Below, piece after piece: positions 51,090 to 63,912 of a DNA stretch of 64,000 nt (positions within the stretch are counted from its first letter, which is position 1; each line of letters starts with the position of its first letter). The position numbers and the translations under genes were made by a program. The notes beneath the pieces are model-generated. The model made no database searches and had not been told where the DNA came from. It saw only the letters and a list, made by a program, of their open reading frames with translations. The DNA lies in the NCBI GenBank assembly GCA_943704425.1, contig CALSCP010000257.1, positions 13,403-77,402 on the forward strand. The letters run 5' to 3'. The stretch comes from Ministeria vibrans ATCC 50519 (Eukaryota; Protista; Filasterea).

Positions 51090-53435
51090 ATGTCTGACTA
51101 CAGACGAGACGAACGTCGTCGATACGACGACGACGACGACGACAAGGAGCACAGTCGTGATCGCGATCGTGAGGGGCGACGCAGACACGACGATGAACCT
51201 TCTCGTCGTCGCACGTACGACTCCAACCGATCGCTGTCTCCGCCGCCGCGTGGCGCGTCGGCCGCCGCGGCACAGTCGCGCAAACGCTCGAGGAGCGTCG
51301 ACTCCGCGTCAGACTCGTCGCGGTCGCCGTCGCCGTCGCCTGCGTCGCATTCGCGACCTGCGCACCACAAGTCGAAAAAGAAGTCGAAAAAGAAGAAGAA
51401 GCACCGGTCGCATGAAGAGTCGGACGCCGCCAAGCTCCGTCGTAAGGAAGAGAAACGTCTGAGGAAGCTGAAAGAGATGGGTTGGGTAAGGAGTTGACAA
51501 CAAACGAGTCGGTTTTATTATTTTTAAATTAATTAATTTTATTTTTCATTCTGTCTTTCGTTTTTTCTCCATCAGGACGACGAACAACTGCAGTACACGA
51601 ACGAGGACAACCCCTACGGTGACCCGAACCTCCACTCGCAGTTTGTGTGGAAGAAGAAGGAGGATCTGCAGCGGGAGGCGGGCATGTCGGTGCGTGAGCT
51701 GCGCGAGCGGGAACGTGCGCGACGCGATGAGAATCGGCGCGAGCTGGAGAAGGTGAAGAAGCGACGACAGGAGCGCGAGGACGAGATGAAGTTGCGCGAA
51801 GAGGAAAAGGCTATGGCTCAGCGCGAGGCGGATACGTTGACGTACAGCGAGTGGCAGCGCAAGGATGTGACCTTTGAGCTGGAACAGATGCGTGAGCGCT
51901 CGAGGATTCGCGTACGCGAAGGCCGTGCCAGGCCCATCGACGTGCTGGCCCGCTGTGCCGAAGAAGACTCGGATCTGACGGAGATTGAATTGAACGAACC
52001 CCACCGGGTGTTCGATGGACTGTCGCAGGCCGACTGCGAGGAGCTTATGGACGACGTCGAGTCGTTCCTCAAGCTCGACGACAACACCCGCCGTGGCTAC
52101 TGGCTCGATGTGCAGACTGTGTGCGCCGACGAGCTGCGCAAGCGACAATTGGCTAACGGTACGAGCGCACCGGGTGCCACCAATGCTCAGGTGCGGGCCG
52201 AGGTCGGGGCCATTTTGGCGGGCAAGACAACAGAGCAGCTGCACGAGCTGCGCGGTCAAATCACCGACAAGATTGAGGGGGGTCAGGCGGCCAACGTGTC
52301 CTTTTGGGAGTCGCTTGTGGAGCAACTGGACGTGCGTGTGGCCCTGTCGCGACTGCGCGATCGACACGAGCGGGTTCTTCGACGGAAACTGGCCGAGTTG
52401 TTGGAGCAGGGACGACGAGCAGCACAGCGTGGCGAGCAGGAGGGCGAAACACGCTCCTCAGAGCTGGTGGATGTGGTGGAGATGGCACTGGAGAAGACAA
52501 GAAGGAGACGAGAGTTGGGAGATGCAGCGGTGGACGAGGCGGACGAAGTGGCGTTGGCGGAGCAGGGTGGCACGGCAGAGGATGAGGAGGGTGGAGCCGG
52601 AGAGGGCGCTGGGAAGGAAGACGGAGAAGAAGAGGAGGATGATGATGTGGTGTTTACGGAGGAGGATCTCTTGGCCATGGGTGAGGGAGGCAAGTTGATG
52701 GCACGACCACGTAAGTCGCGTGGCGGTGCAGGCGGTGTGGGTGGTGCGGGTAGTGCGACGAGTGACTTGTATGAGTTGCCGCTGATTCCGTTTGATGGTG
52801 TGGATGCGACTGCATTGAGTGTTGCATTGGATCCGGTGGAGGATGCAGAGGCACTGCGGCGGCGTCGCGCTGCTGTGCAGGCGCGAGTCGGTAGTGCTTC
52901 TGGCGGTGTTGGTGGAGCGAAGAAGCGGGATGTGCTCGCAGAGCGCATGTCGGCGGTGGAGCAGCGGTTTATGGCGGACGCATCGCGCGACATGGACGAC
53001 GACGAGTCGGTGTTGACGGACGAGGCGGTGGCGATGGTGCCGTCGCAGCCACAACAGTGGCATGAGAAGTACCGACCGCGCAAACCACGATACTTCAATC
53101 GTGTACACACCGGCTTCGAGTGGAACATGTACAACCGCACGCACTACGACAAAGAGACGCCGCCGCCCAAGGTCATTCAGGGCTACAAGTTCAACCTGTT
53201 CTACGGCGATCTCATCGACAAGTCTAAGGCACCCACCTACCACATTACACCGCATCCCTCCGACCCCAACCTGGCCATTCTGCGCTTCTCCGCGGGCCCT
53301 CCTTACGAAGACATTGCCTTCACTGTGGCCAATCGGCCGTGGGAGTACTCGCATCGCCATGGCCACCGCTCCGAGTACAAGGGTGGTGTCTTCTACTTGT
53401 GGTTCCGCTTCCGACGGGAGCGCTACAGACGTTGA
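51090..53435 (+). CDS. CACTIN: Cactin (spliceosome C-complex factor)
   Basis: Exons 51090-51485 and 51576-53435. RS/Lys-rich N-terminus, YTNEDNPYGD, RIRVREGRARPID, C-terminal KYRPRKPRYFNRVHTGFEWN..GYKFNLFY..AGPPYEDIAF..FRRERYRR. Confidence 0.96.
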
Positions 53436-53894
53436 CGAAGCGAGAGAAGAGCGGGAGGTGGGAGAGTGTGTGGAAGGACGAGAGTGAGTAAAGAAGAGTA
53501 CAGTACTAAACTTGACAAAATTCATGGTAAATTTTCTTCTTCTTCTTTTCTTCTCCTCTCCATTGTATGTGGTTTGGAGGGGGCATTGACGTAATTATGA
53601 TGGATGTAGGTCATATCTATGTGTCGAGGGAAGGTATGGCAGCGGAGGAGGGTGCAGAGGCAGTGGATCGCGGAAGAACTGTAAAGGTTGTTGCGGAAGG
53701 CAGTGAGTCGCTAGCTTGGCACGCCAGTGGTTGGTGGTGGTTGTTGTAGACTACTGTTTGTTTTAGGCGTTGTGATGGCTGTCGTTTTGCGCGGTGGCTA
53801 CCAAATTTGATAGGAGAGATCAGTGATCTCCCAAAAGACTAAACATCATTCAATGACTAAACAGATTAACAGAATATTTTGTTCCAAACAAACC

Positions 53895-54779
53895 ATGTCC
53901 TCAGACGTCAACAAGACCCCCCCTTGCACACTCGAAGCCGCCACCCAAGCAGATGCACCCCCACCACCACGCACGGCCACTCAGGACGACCAAGACGCCT
54001 CCGCGCCCTATCTCGTTCGCCTTGACGGTTTCGCGCCCGTCCAGCCTCTCCTCGTCCCTCCTGGCCACTTTGCGCTTGTCGCGCCTGGCATCTACCGATG
54101 TGGCCTGCCACGCGAGTGTAGTCACGAATTCCTCAAGCAGCTCCGTCTGCGCACGATCCTGTACGAGACAGACTCAGATGTGTGTGTGTGTGTGAGTGTG
54201 TGTGTGTGAAGTGGGGTCTGTCTGCTGTAGATATCTCAGCGACGAAGAATATCCACAGCAAAACCGACTATTTGTCGAAGAGAACAACATCAAGCTTGTG
54301 TGCGTGACCATGGGACCGAACAATGAGCCCTTTGACGCCATTCCCGAAGTGAGTGCACACAAGGCATTTCACAAGCGAACATGACTCAAGGTGGAACTCT
54401 TTCGCTAGGAATCCCTTCGCGCTGCCGTTGTCCACGCCGTCGACACACGCAACCACCCCGTACTAGTACACTCGAACAAAGGTGCTCTTCGCGAACTAAC
54501 ACGCACACAGACGCACCCCAGTCTGACAGCACCACCCACTCTATCACTTTTCTTTCAGGCACCCATCGTGTCGGCTGTGTCGTCGGCTGTCTGCGCCGCC
54601 TTCAACGCTGGGCACTCACCTCCGTCTTTGACGAGTACAGTCGCTTCGCCGGGCCCAACAGCCATCTGCTTGACCGCCAGCTCATTGAACTACACGACGT
54701 GTCCGAGACGCGGCGAGTGTTGTGCGACAAAGCCAACCGCGTCAAACTTCCCAAATGGCTCGTTCCAGCACCCATGTAA
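53895..54779 (+). CDS. PFA-DSP (Siw14/OCA) family phosphatase-like protein, OCA2-type with Cys-to-Ser P-loop
   Basis: Four exons. LVPPGHFALVAPGIYRCGLP, LRLRTILYL, NHPVLVHSNK|GTHRVGCVVGCLRRLQRWALTSVFDEYSRFAG. Confidence 0.88.
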
Positions 54780-54835
54780 ACAATGTATTCTATTTATGTT
54801 TATTCTAATTATAATTAGTATACATGCGAGACGAA

Positions 54836-55789
54836 TCACTTGCTGTTGAGGTGGGCCCACTTGTAGTCGTCGAGACGAGGTGCTACACCCGACACACTCG
54901 AGATGAAGGACTCGAGCAAGGACCAGAAGCGAATGGCCTCAAAGGGAGCATTGAGCCAGCCGGTCGTGATGCAATAATAAGTCTCGTGGGGCGAAATGTG
55001 GTGGGTGCGATGGTGCAGGATGGGCAGGACAACGTGCAGACGCTGGAGCATGGCGATGGGCGCTGAGGGACGACGTGTGTGCGACCACTTGTGAATCTCG
55101 TTGGAGAGCATGGCAAAGACGTTGAGAAACAGCAGAAAAACGGCCGTGAGCAGGTCGGCGCGAGTGCTTGCCGTCGACGCGACGTGGATGTTGAAGAGGA
55201 GCAGGAAGTTGACCATAAAGGCAGAGTCGCCATTCGCCTCAATGAAATCGTGACTGCAAATGGCCGAAGGCGCTACATTCAGAACAACAAACGCGGTGTG
55301 AGAGGTTGACTTTTTCATGTGCGCCAGAAGTGTGAAAGTCTTAACCGATGTGGTGTTCGCGGAAGGAGCGAATGAACGCCTACACGAAAAACAAGCGACG
55401 AGTCGCGTGTCAGGCCCAATCATGGCTCATTGCAGCGCTCTCACCTTGCCGAAGAGCGGTGTCTCGACTGTTCCCCACGTGTCAGCAGCCCAGTGCAACA
55501 GTCCCGACAAGAAATCGGCGCTCACCATCCCCAGAGCTGTCAAAGCGCGACGCGTAAAAGATTCAATGCATGTTCACAAAAAAGAAAAACCGCATTGTGC
55601 CACACTGCACTTCGCACCTGCACAAATGAACATGGCGACACCCATGCCCGAGTCCCACTCCATCTTGCGCGACACAAGGTAGATCACGTAGGAAGTGAGT
55701 GCACCGAAAACCGCAAGAGACACTTTCTCCATCCGTCTCTTGGCGGGCGTGTACTGCGCAGCAAGCATCTTCGCACCCGCTTTCACCAT
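54836..55789 (-). CDS. PEDS1: Plasmanylethanolamine desaturase (Kua/CarF family)
   Basis: Multi-exon. GAKMLAAQYTPAKR, ADFLSGLLHWAADTWG, FIRSFREHH, HDFIEANGD, NEIHKWSH, HHRTHHISPHETYYCITTGWLN. Confidence 0.93.
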
Positions 55790-55880
55790 GGTTGACACGA
55801 TGCCTTTCGAATGAACAGAATTGTCAAAGGAAAAAATATAAAAATAAGTAATTTTTAAATATTCGCAAAAGTAGTCAATT

Positions 55881-56141
55881 TTAGGAAGACAAGATTCGCG
55901 AAAGTATCGCAACAATATTTATAAACGTCGGGCGCGAATTCGGTTGATGGGCCCAGCACGCGCGCATCAACTCGGTCCAGGCGGCCGGCCACGTCTCCTC
56001 CAGAAGTGCATTCACCACAGGTCGTTCACCCGCACACACAACAGTCGGAATGTCCCATTCCCGCACATCTACCAGCGGTATCGACCGCGTCATCAGCTCA
56101 TACATGCACATGGCAAACGCATACACATCCACTCCACGATC

Positions 56142-56185
<44 letters not shown>

Positions 56186-59100
56186 GGGGAGAGAGAGAAC
56201 AAGGTGATGTAGAAAGAGAGAGTTTAGAAGAATACTGAATAAGAGACTCATTATTTTGATTACCAACTCGAACTGACCGAAGCTCTTTAGTGCGAAAACT
56301 CTCAGGCGCTATATAATATAAGGATAAAAAGAAGAATGCAACCAAAATAGACTAGAAAGCTTTGCTTATACCTTGAAAGCGTATTGTTCCAATGAAGGGC
56401 CCATCAAAGGTAATTCCGCCGTCACTTTGAGCCACAGTACCGCTCGCCTGACTAAACTCGGTTGCTCCTTCCCGTCGCAGCACCGTCAGCAGTTGCGCCG
56501 TTCCCAGATCTTAAAGAAGGAAACAGCGAAACATCGGATTAATACTTCATTGTGGGTTTCGTTTGTTACCTGAGATTTTTAGTCTGTCTCCACGCACAAG
56601 CAGATTTGCTCCTTTAAGATCACAATGAAGAATATAGTGCCCGTCATTGCGGTGAAAGTCAAAGTGAAGATAGCGCATGCCATTCGCACACTGAAATGCA
56701 AAATTGATCTAAATAAAAAAGAGAAAACATGAACATCTTATCTCAATTTGGTTATTTTTCTCACAGCAGCTTCGATAGAAAGTGGTTTGTCTGAGTCAAG
56801 AAGAGAACGAAGAGATCCCTGGGGCATCAGCTCAATAACCATGTAAGGAACGTGCGAGTCGCTGCGCACTCCTACGCCAAAAAAGTCCACAATGTGCTCG
56901 TGCCGCACTGTCCGTAGTGTGTGCACTTCTTTGGCAAACTCATTCAACATCTGACGACAGAGTGTTAAAAGAATAAGAAGGTGAATAGATGGAAAGTGTC
57001 TTTCTGTGTGAGTGTTGAGTGTGTGTGTGTGTGCAAGTACCTCTGGGTCACCCTCAACCATTGCACTGCGCAACACTTTGACTGCCACTCGTCGTTTACG
57101 CCACCGCGCCTGAAACACCTCCCCTGCAGCGCCACTCGCTAGTCTGTGAAAAGGTGGACACAACACCATGACGACGTAATGATTACTATGATCAATAACA
57201 ATGCAATGAGACACTGAGTGTCGTCTTGGGTATACTTCTTCTCAAAGGTGATTTCCTCTTCGCGAATGGCAGTGTGTCCCAGTGCGTTCAGCTGTGCATC
57301 CAAATAGCCAATCTGTTCCAGTTGGTCTTCCATGAGTAATCGGCGCAGCTCAGTCTACAAAGAAGGAAGTTAAAAACAAACACAATCCAAGGACTAACAC
57401 ATCCCTAACACACAGAGTGGACTTACTTCTGTCACTTGCGCCTTCACTTTTGATCGCGTACACACAAACAGCAGTGACAAGAGTGCAACAACAACAGGCA
57501 CAATAAAGATGATCAGCCCAGACACCGGAATGTGGCTAAAAGGTATAAAGTTAAAAATAATGCAAAAAAAAACAAAATACACGCACGATTCTCTCTGACC
57601 ATGTTTCAGAGAAGAAGAATAGCGCATCGCAGTGACACGTGCCCACAAAGGTCTTTGCGTCAAGCGTACAACTGCCGTGTCCGCTGCACATGTTTGGGTT
57701 GCACACAACACACGAATTTCTGCTGTTGCCACCAGCTTCTCTTGTCCACGAATCCACTGGACAACTTGTACACATGGACTCGCCTACAGCACCAAAGCAT
57801 AATCAGTATGAATGCACAACGCACCCTGAGACTACATGATCACTGACCTGCAACGTCATTGTATGTGCCAGCACGACAAGCAGCACATCCACGCTCGGCA
57901 AAAAAGCCATGAGGGGCGTAAAAGCCAGTGGGACAGGCGGCATGGACTGTGCCCACAGTGCCAGGGTAAGCGTCGGAGGACGACGAGATGAAGATTCCAC
58001 CAAGAACGGTGAGGAACACCGAGGGAGCCGCCACCGTGGAGGTGTCAAGGAACATCGAGGCGCCGTAGAGCCCCGAGACTTCGATGGGAACGCGCAGGGG
58101 CGCGGTCGCAGAGTGGAGAATGTGCCACTGTGACAAGACAGTGTTGTAGGCAAATAGGCGATTCGACTCGGTCAGGCCCGGTCCTATTCCGCCGTAGATG
58201 AGCATGAGCAAACCTGCACTGGTGCTCGAGTGCGAGTAGAGTGCACCGGGGCTATTAGGCAAAGTTTCAATGTAATCCCAGGTGGGCTGAGTGCTCTTCT
58301 CGTCTTCGTTCGTTGGGAAAAGGTTGCAGATGCGAAAGAATTGCGACGAGGGTTCACTCGAGCGATTGAGTCCACCGTAAAGATAGAGGCACGTGTCAAA
58401 GGCCAAGTAGACGAGAGATGCCTCTGAAGAATACTCGGGCGGCACCGAGAGAGACGACGGCGTCACAATGTAGCGCCACTGATGATCCTCTAGAATCCAC
58501 AAATCACCGAGTAGGTTATAGCGCGTGTCGTTGTGGTCGGCATGGAAACCGCCAAAGACGGCAAGGCAGCGTGCACGATCACGAACGCGGTCGAGACACG
58601 AGACGGAGGCGGCAAGAAAGCGCGATGGAGGCCAGTGCAAGTCATTGGTGTCGCTCAGGGCGGGACGGGTTGCAAGAGGAAGCCACACGACAGCAGTTGT
58701 GTTGAACAGCCAGGTGTCGTTGTAGGTGATAAACTCGGCACGTCTGCCACCGCCAAAGACGATGAACGAATGTTCAAAGTCCCATTGAGCCATGGCAAGG
58801 CCAAAGCGCTGTGACGGGACCAGAGCAATCGCAGGAAGAGTAATGCGCGAGACGACATTGGACGAGATGGAGTAGTGCCACAACTCATCGGTGTTAGGCA
58901 GTGTCAGGGTCTGTCCGCCAAAAATGTAGATAGTGTCGTTGTCAACGGGTGCTACATGATAATAATTATTATTAATCAAAGTGATAGACGAAGTGATGTA
59001 GAGAGGGAGAGAGAGAAACAAAGTGAGAAAAAGGAAGAGAGAAACAAAGAAATAGAAAGTGAAAACAAAAAAGGGAGAGAGAAACAAAGAAATAGAAAGT

Positions 59101-60659
59101 GAAAACAAAGTGAGAAAAAGGGAGAGAGAAACAAAGAGATAGAGATTAAAAACAAAATAGAAGAGGGAGCTCTTCAATTTTTTTTACCTCTGCCGGCACC
59201 GATAAAGGGGGGCGAGTAGGGCGGCGGAGACTCGTTCACCCACATCATTGTTTCCGTGTTTTGCACAAGAAGTCCCCAGGTGTCATTGAGTGCGCGAAAA
59301 TCTGCGCCACTGACAGTACGACCGCCAATAGAGTGAACTTGAGACTGCTGGTTGGAGGATGGATGCAAAACTGAGACAACGGTGTCGTAGACGCGCAGGA
59401 GACGGTCCACCGAGATGAAGTGCGATGAGAGGTGCCAGTAGACGGGTGGAAGGTCAGGAAGCACCGTGTACGGCTGTGCATCAAATGTCAGGACCACTTC
59501 AACGACTGACGCACGAGTGTAGCCAATGACGCGCGCCACAAGTCCGTCGAGATGTTCATCCACCATTTTCACCGCCGTCATTCCCACGATGGGCGTGGGC
59601 AGCTCGCTTGGCAGTCGGGTCCATTCGAGTGATGTCAAATTTAGCCGCCACGTATCCCAGCAGATATCCAGATCGCTTGTGATTGCGCTAATGTCCAAGT
59701 GCCTCTCGTTGCATTGGCCGCTTTCGGAGACACCGCCCGCGACAAACATGACTGCGGGGTCGTCAAGGCAGAAGGAAACATGCTGCGAGCGAGGTGCCGG
59801 CAGTCCTGGCACAGGCGCCCCTCTTAAGGCCGAGTCCTGTCGTGTTGCTGTGGCGAAGACAGGCGAGAGCGACGAAGCGCCTGCGGTTGCGTTGAGGGGA
59901 GACCATTCATTCAGTGACACAGAGTACGACCAAAGATCGCCAAGAGCCGTCTCGTTGTACGACACACCGCCGTAACACACGAGCCGTGTATCTGTTGTAG
60001 ACACGCATGTGTGCTGGGCGCGCGGCGGCGGAATCGGCCCGCTGGGGCTCAGGAGACGCCAAAGGGTTGTCTCAAAGTCAAACATCCACAAATCGTTGAG
60101 GTAGACAGTGGAGAATGCGCTGCGGTATTCGCCTCCAAACAAGAGTGACGCGGATGTATTGCCCATTTGCGTGAGGGTGTGGAAGGCGCGAGCATGCGGT
60201 GGCGTGCTGGAGCGAATGGGGTCCCATTGTTCATCGCGGATATCATAAATCCACTGAGGGTGAGAAGAGAGAGAGTGAGAGAGAGCGAGAGAGAGTATAG
60301 TGAAAGCTGCGATTAAGTGCGAGTGTTTTAAAACTCATTGGTACGTACCGTGTCGTCGAGAGCAACGTAGCCTGCGGTTAAGGCGGGAAATTAATAAAAC
60401 AAAAATCAAAACAAACAAACACACATTATTGTTACTACTCACCCAACTCATCCTGATAGCCTCCAAAAACAACAAATCTATCAACATAGCCTGCCCCGCG
60501 TGCTGCCCAGCGGGACGACAAGTGCAGCGTGCTTGGTTCCAGCCAGCAGAACTGATTGTACACCTCGTCACAGACAGCGCTCGACAGGACCCAGGACGGC
60601 AAGCAAACCCCCGCCCAAAGGCATCCCAATACAACACGCCACTGACGCCACAGTCGCAT
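55881..60659 (-). CDS. Receptor-type kinase 1: signal peptide, Kelch propellers, Cys-rich (GCC2/ephrin-receptor-like) repeat, EGF, TM, TKL-type kinase
   Basis: Many exons. Kelch FGG/YGG..NDLW repeats; CPTGFYAP..CAACRAGTYN; CSGHGSC..CHC; TM LIIFIVPVVVALLSLLFV; kinase LASGAAGEV, VAVK, HCDLKGAN, DLG, GTIRFQ|APE, DVYAF, CW..RPTF. Confidence 0.88.
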
Positions 60660-61118
60660 TCGCACTAAGATCAATCAATAAAAATGAAATTGTATAAGAA
60701 TTATGAAAGAAGACATTTCAATTTATTATCAATCACAAACGAAAAGCATAAGAATTATGAAGATAGAATACAAACAACCCTTTATTAATGATACAGTCTC
60801 CCAGAAGAAGAATACAACCCATTTCTTAAAGAAAATAAATAAATAATCGAAAACTGTACTCAATGCCAAAACAAGACTAAATACAAAACAAAGAGCAGCA
60901 CAATACTTCCGCCGTAGACTTTAGACGAGAATGTCAAAAATATATTATTTTTAGCCTTATTCCTTTCCCTCCCCACAGCTATACATCAATTACCAAACAA
61001 AAAATATGTAGTATAAGCAGTAGCAGAAGACAATTAAATTTATACTTTCATTTGTGCCAACGAGTCACAAGCAAAAAGAGACAACAAGCTAATATCCCAA
61101 AATCAATAATAAGAATTA

Positions 61119-63834
61119 TTATTGCTCTGTTGGAGTTTTCAATGCCATCTCCTTGAGTCGAGTTTCAACAACGGCCATGGTCGGGCGCATGCGTGTATCG
61201 GCGTCCCAGCAGAGATCTAGCAGGCGAAAGATCTCCACAGGCCACTGTCCGTATTCGGGCGGAAGGATCTCGCGAAAGGGCTCGGGACGACGGCCCGAGA
61301 CGAGGAGACGCCACAGGTCCAAGCGGGTGCAGCTGTGGAGACCCGCAAAGGGAATGCGCGTCGTAATAATCTCGTAGACACAACAGGCAAAGGAGTAAAC
61401 ATCACCAGCGGGATCAAGGTCACTTGTGTTCCACTCCTCGGGGGCTTTCCAGCGCAGCGGATGCCGCGCCTCGAGTACTTGTGACCGTGCGGTTTTGCCG
61501 CGCTGTTGCTTCGAGAGACGTTCCGACGTCCATGATGCATTGGTCAACGTTTGCGACATACTACTCGCGCCCTCGTTTTCGTGCATGTCTGTGTCTGCGC
61601 TGCTGTGTGACGTGCTGCGACGTCGCATTTTCTCCGTCTGCTCAAAGAGCGAGGGGATCTCCGAGATGTTACTTCCAATGCTTGGGCGATTACCCTCCCC
61701 TACGTCAGTGCCTACCGCTAAAGTGGGCGCCGCTGTCGCCATGTCATCACTCGTGGGACGGCTTAAGGGGGGATTGATGGGGAAAGCAGTGCGCGGTGCA
61801 ATACGATCAAACTCGACCAAACCCGAGGTGGACTCGAGAATGTTCCGCTCCACCTCGCCACTGTCATACGCAAGCAACACATCACACTCGTTGGTGGACG
61901 GAGCAGCGTCGTCGCGCGTCAGAGGCAACGCCATCGCCGACAGCTGGTGTCGCAATACCTTCGCAGTGCCGCTCTTCACCTTGACAGACCACTTGGAGTC
62001 GAGCAGGCAGTTGGCTGTCATCATCTCCTGGTGAAGCACACCTTGTGTGTGCAGATAGGCCAGTGCTGAGGCAATCTCTCGAATCCAGCGCATGCGTCCG
62101 TCCAGCTCCAGCGTGGCCACATCGACTTTGCCGTGGCGATCAAGGAGTGAGCGTATCGAGCCATTGAGACACAGCTCGGACACCAAGAAAGGCACAAACA
62201 GTCGCTGGGTCGGGTTACTCTCATACAGTCCCATTCCGTAAAAAGTCGCCACATGTTCGTGTAAAATGGATCGCAACAGCTGTGTGCACAAGAGAGTCGA
62301 AAGACAAAAACATAATAATTATTATTAGTATTACAATAATAATTATTCTCTCTTGGTGCAATTCACCTCCGCATCAGCGTTAAAACTATCGCAAAAGCGA
62401 ACGGACTCCTCAGTGGTGTCAAAGGAGAGAAGAGCCACAGCGACTGTGTGGTCTTGATACGTCGCCGAGAAGAGACGCCCCACCGACGCATTGGTGCGGA
62501 TCACACGAATGTCGCTCAGGGAGCCCTAACACGAAAAAACAAAATGAAAACGTATCAGTACTAGGACTACTAGGCAGTATAATTATTATTATGTCAGTGC
62601 GGAGAAACTACAGAAATTTGAAAGAACATACGGGACCAATGAGAAAGCTCTTCATCATGTCAACCTGCTCGCGACGATTGTCCAGGACCTCTGCGTTCTC
62701 GCGCATGCGGGCCTCGTCCAAGCGACGGGTGTACTTGAGACGGCGTGTGCGTGCAATGTACCAGACGGCAAAGACAAAGAACGCCGGGACAACGGTGAAG
62801 AAGAATACGAGAAAAATTAGGGCGAGGGGAACAGCACACTTGGCCGACCCACGAAAGGAAAACTCACAGTCACATGAGAAGGTGCCGTCATGCGGAGCAA
62901 GAATACACGTGCCGTGGGAATTACACTCGGTGTCAAGGCACAGGACACACGCTGAGTCGTTGACATTCCCCTCGGAGAGAGACGTCGCTGCACCCACACA
63001 TGTCGCGCACTGAGAGACACCGGCGCTGGAGGAAAAGGTGCCCTGTGGGCACAGTTGGCAATTGGACGTGGACAGGAGTCCGCTCGGAGCATAGGCACCC
63101 GGAGAACACCCCGGACGGAGGAGAAGCACCTCTCCAGGCACAACGTCGCCGCTCTGCAGGAGCGTTTTGCCACCCACCACAACAAAGGTGGCATTGTCAA
63201 GAGGGTAGAGGTCAGCGCCGAGAACACCGATAATCTGAGAGTACCACAACGATGTAGTTTGGTCGATGGAGGACGGGGCGGCACTAAGCTCGCTCCAGCG
63301 ATCCAACACTAAGTTGTACACAGACAGCGTCTGGAGGGCGGTGATGCTCGCAAGGGAATTGGAGCCACCAGCCACGAGCATCTTCTCGCTGCCCAGCGCC
63401 TGCATGGTGTGAAGATAGCGCGGGATGACATTGCTGTTGAACAAGCCGCTGTGCAGACACTCCCATTGTTCAAAAGGAGCACACAATCGCCAGGTGTCGG
63501 CAAACACAACCGAGGCATTGCGTCCACCAAAGAGTACTACACAGTCGTTACTGCCTATGTAAAGCAACGCCGCTTGAAACCGCGCTGGTGGCTTGATGTA
63601 CGAGGTGACGGCAAGCGGCGTCCACGACTCGGCAGTCGAAGAGAGGCTCCAGATGTCACCCAGAGGCACATAGGCAGAAGTGGGGCTGTCCAAGCCAATG
63701 CCGCCGTAGACAAGAACGGCGCTGTGGTCGTTCAGGGAGCTCGCCGAGTGGAAGTAGCGCGCAGGCGGCAACCGGGTCAGTGACAAGACCGAGATGGAGG
63801 CCATGGAGCTCGACGTAAATTCAATCATCAGTGT
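61119..63834 (-). CDS. Receptor-type pseudokinase 2 (Kelch, Cys-rich, EGF, TM, degenerate kinase), 5' partial
   Basis: Exons about 63834-62633, 62525-62367, 62279-61119; the gene continues past the window end. Same ectodomain order as its neighbour. TM LALIFLVFFFTVVPAFFVFAVWYIA. Kinase fold with VAVAL, HQEMMTAN, KSG, PLRWKAPE, DVYSF, CW..RPTM. Confidence 0.85.
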
Positions 63835-63854
63835 CTGGAAAAGAAACCAACAAC

Positions 63855-63912
63855 AATAATAATTATTTTTATTACTATTATTATTATTCTTATTATTATT
63901 ATTATTATTATT

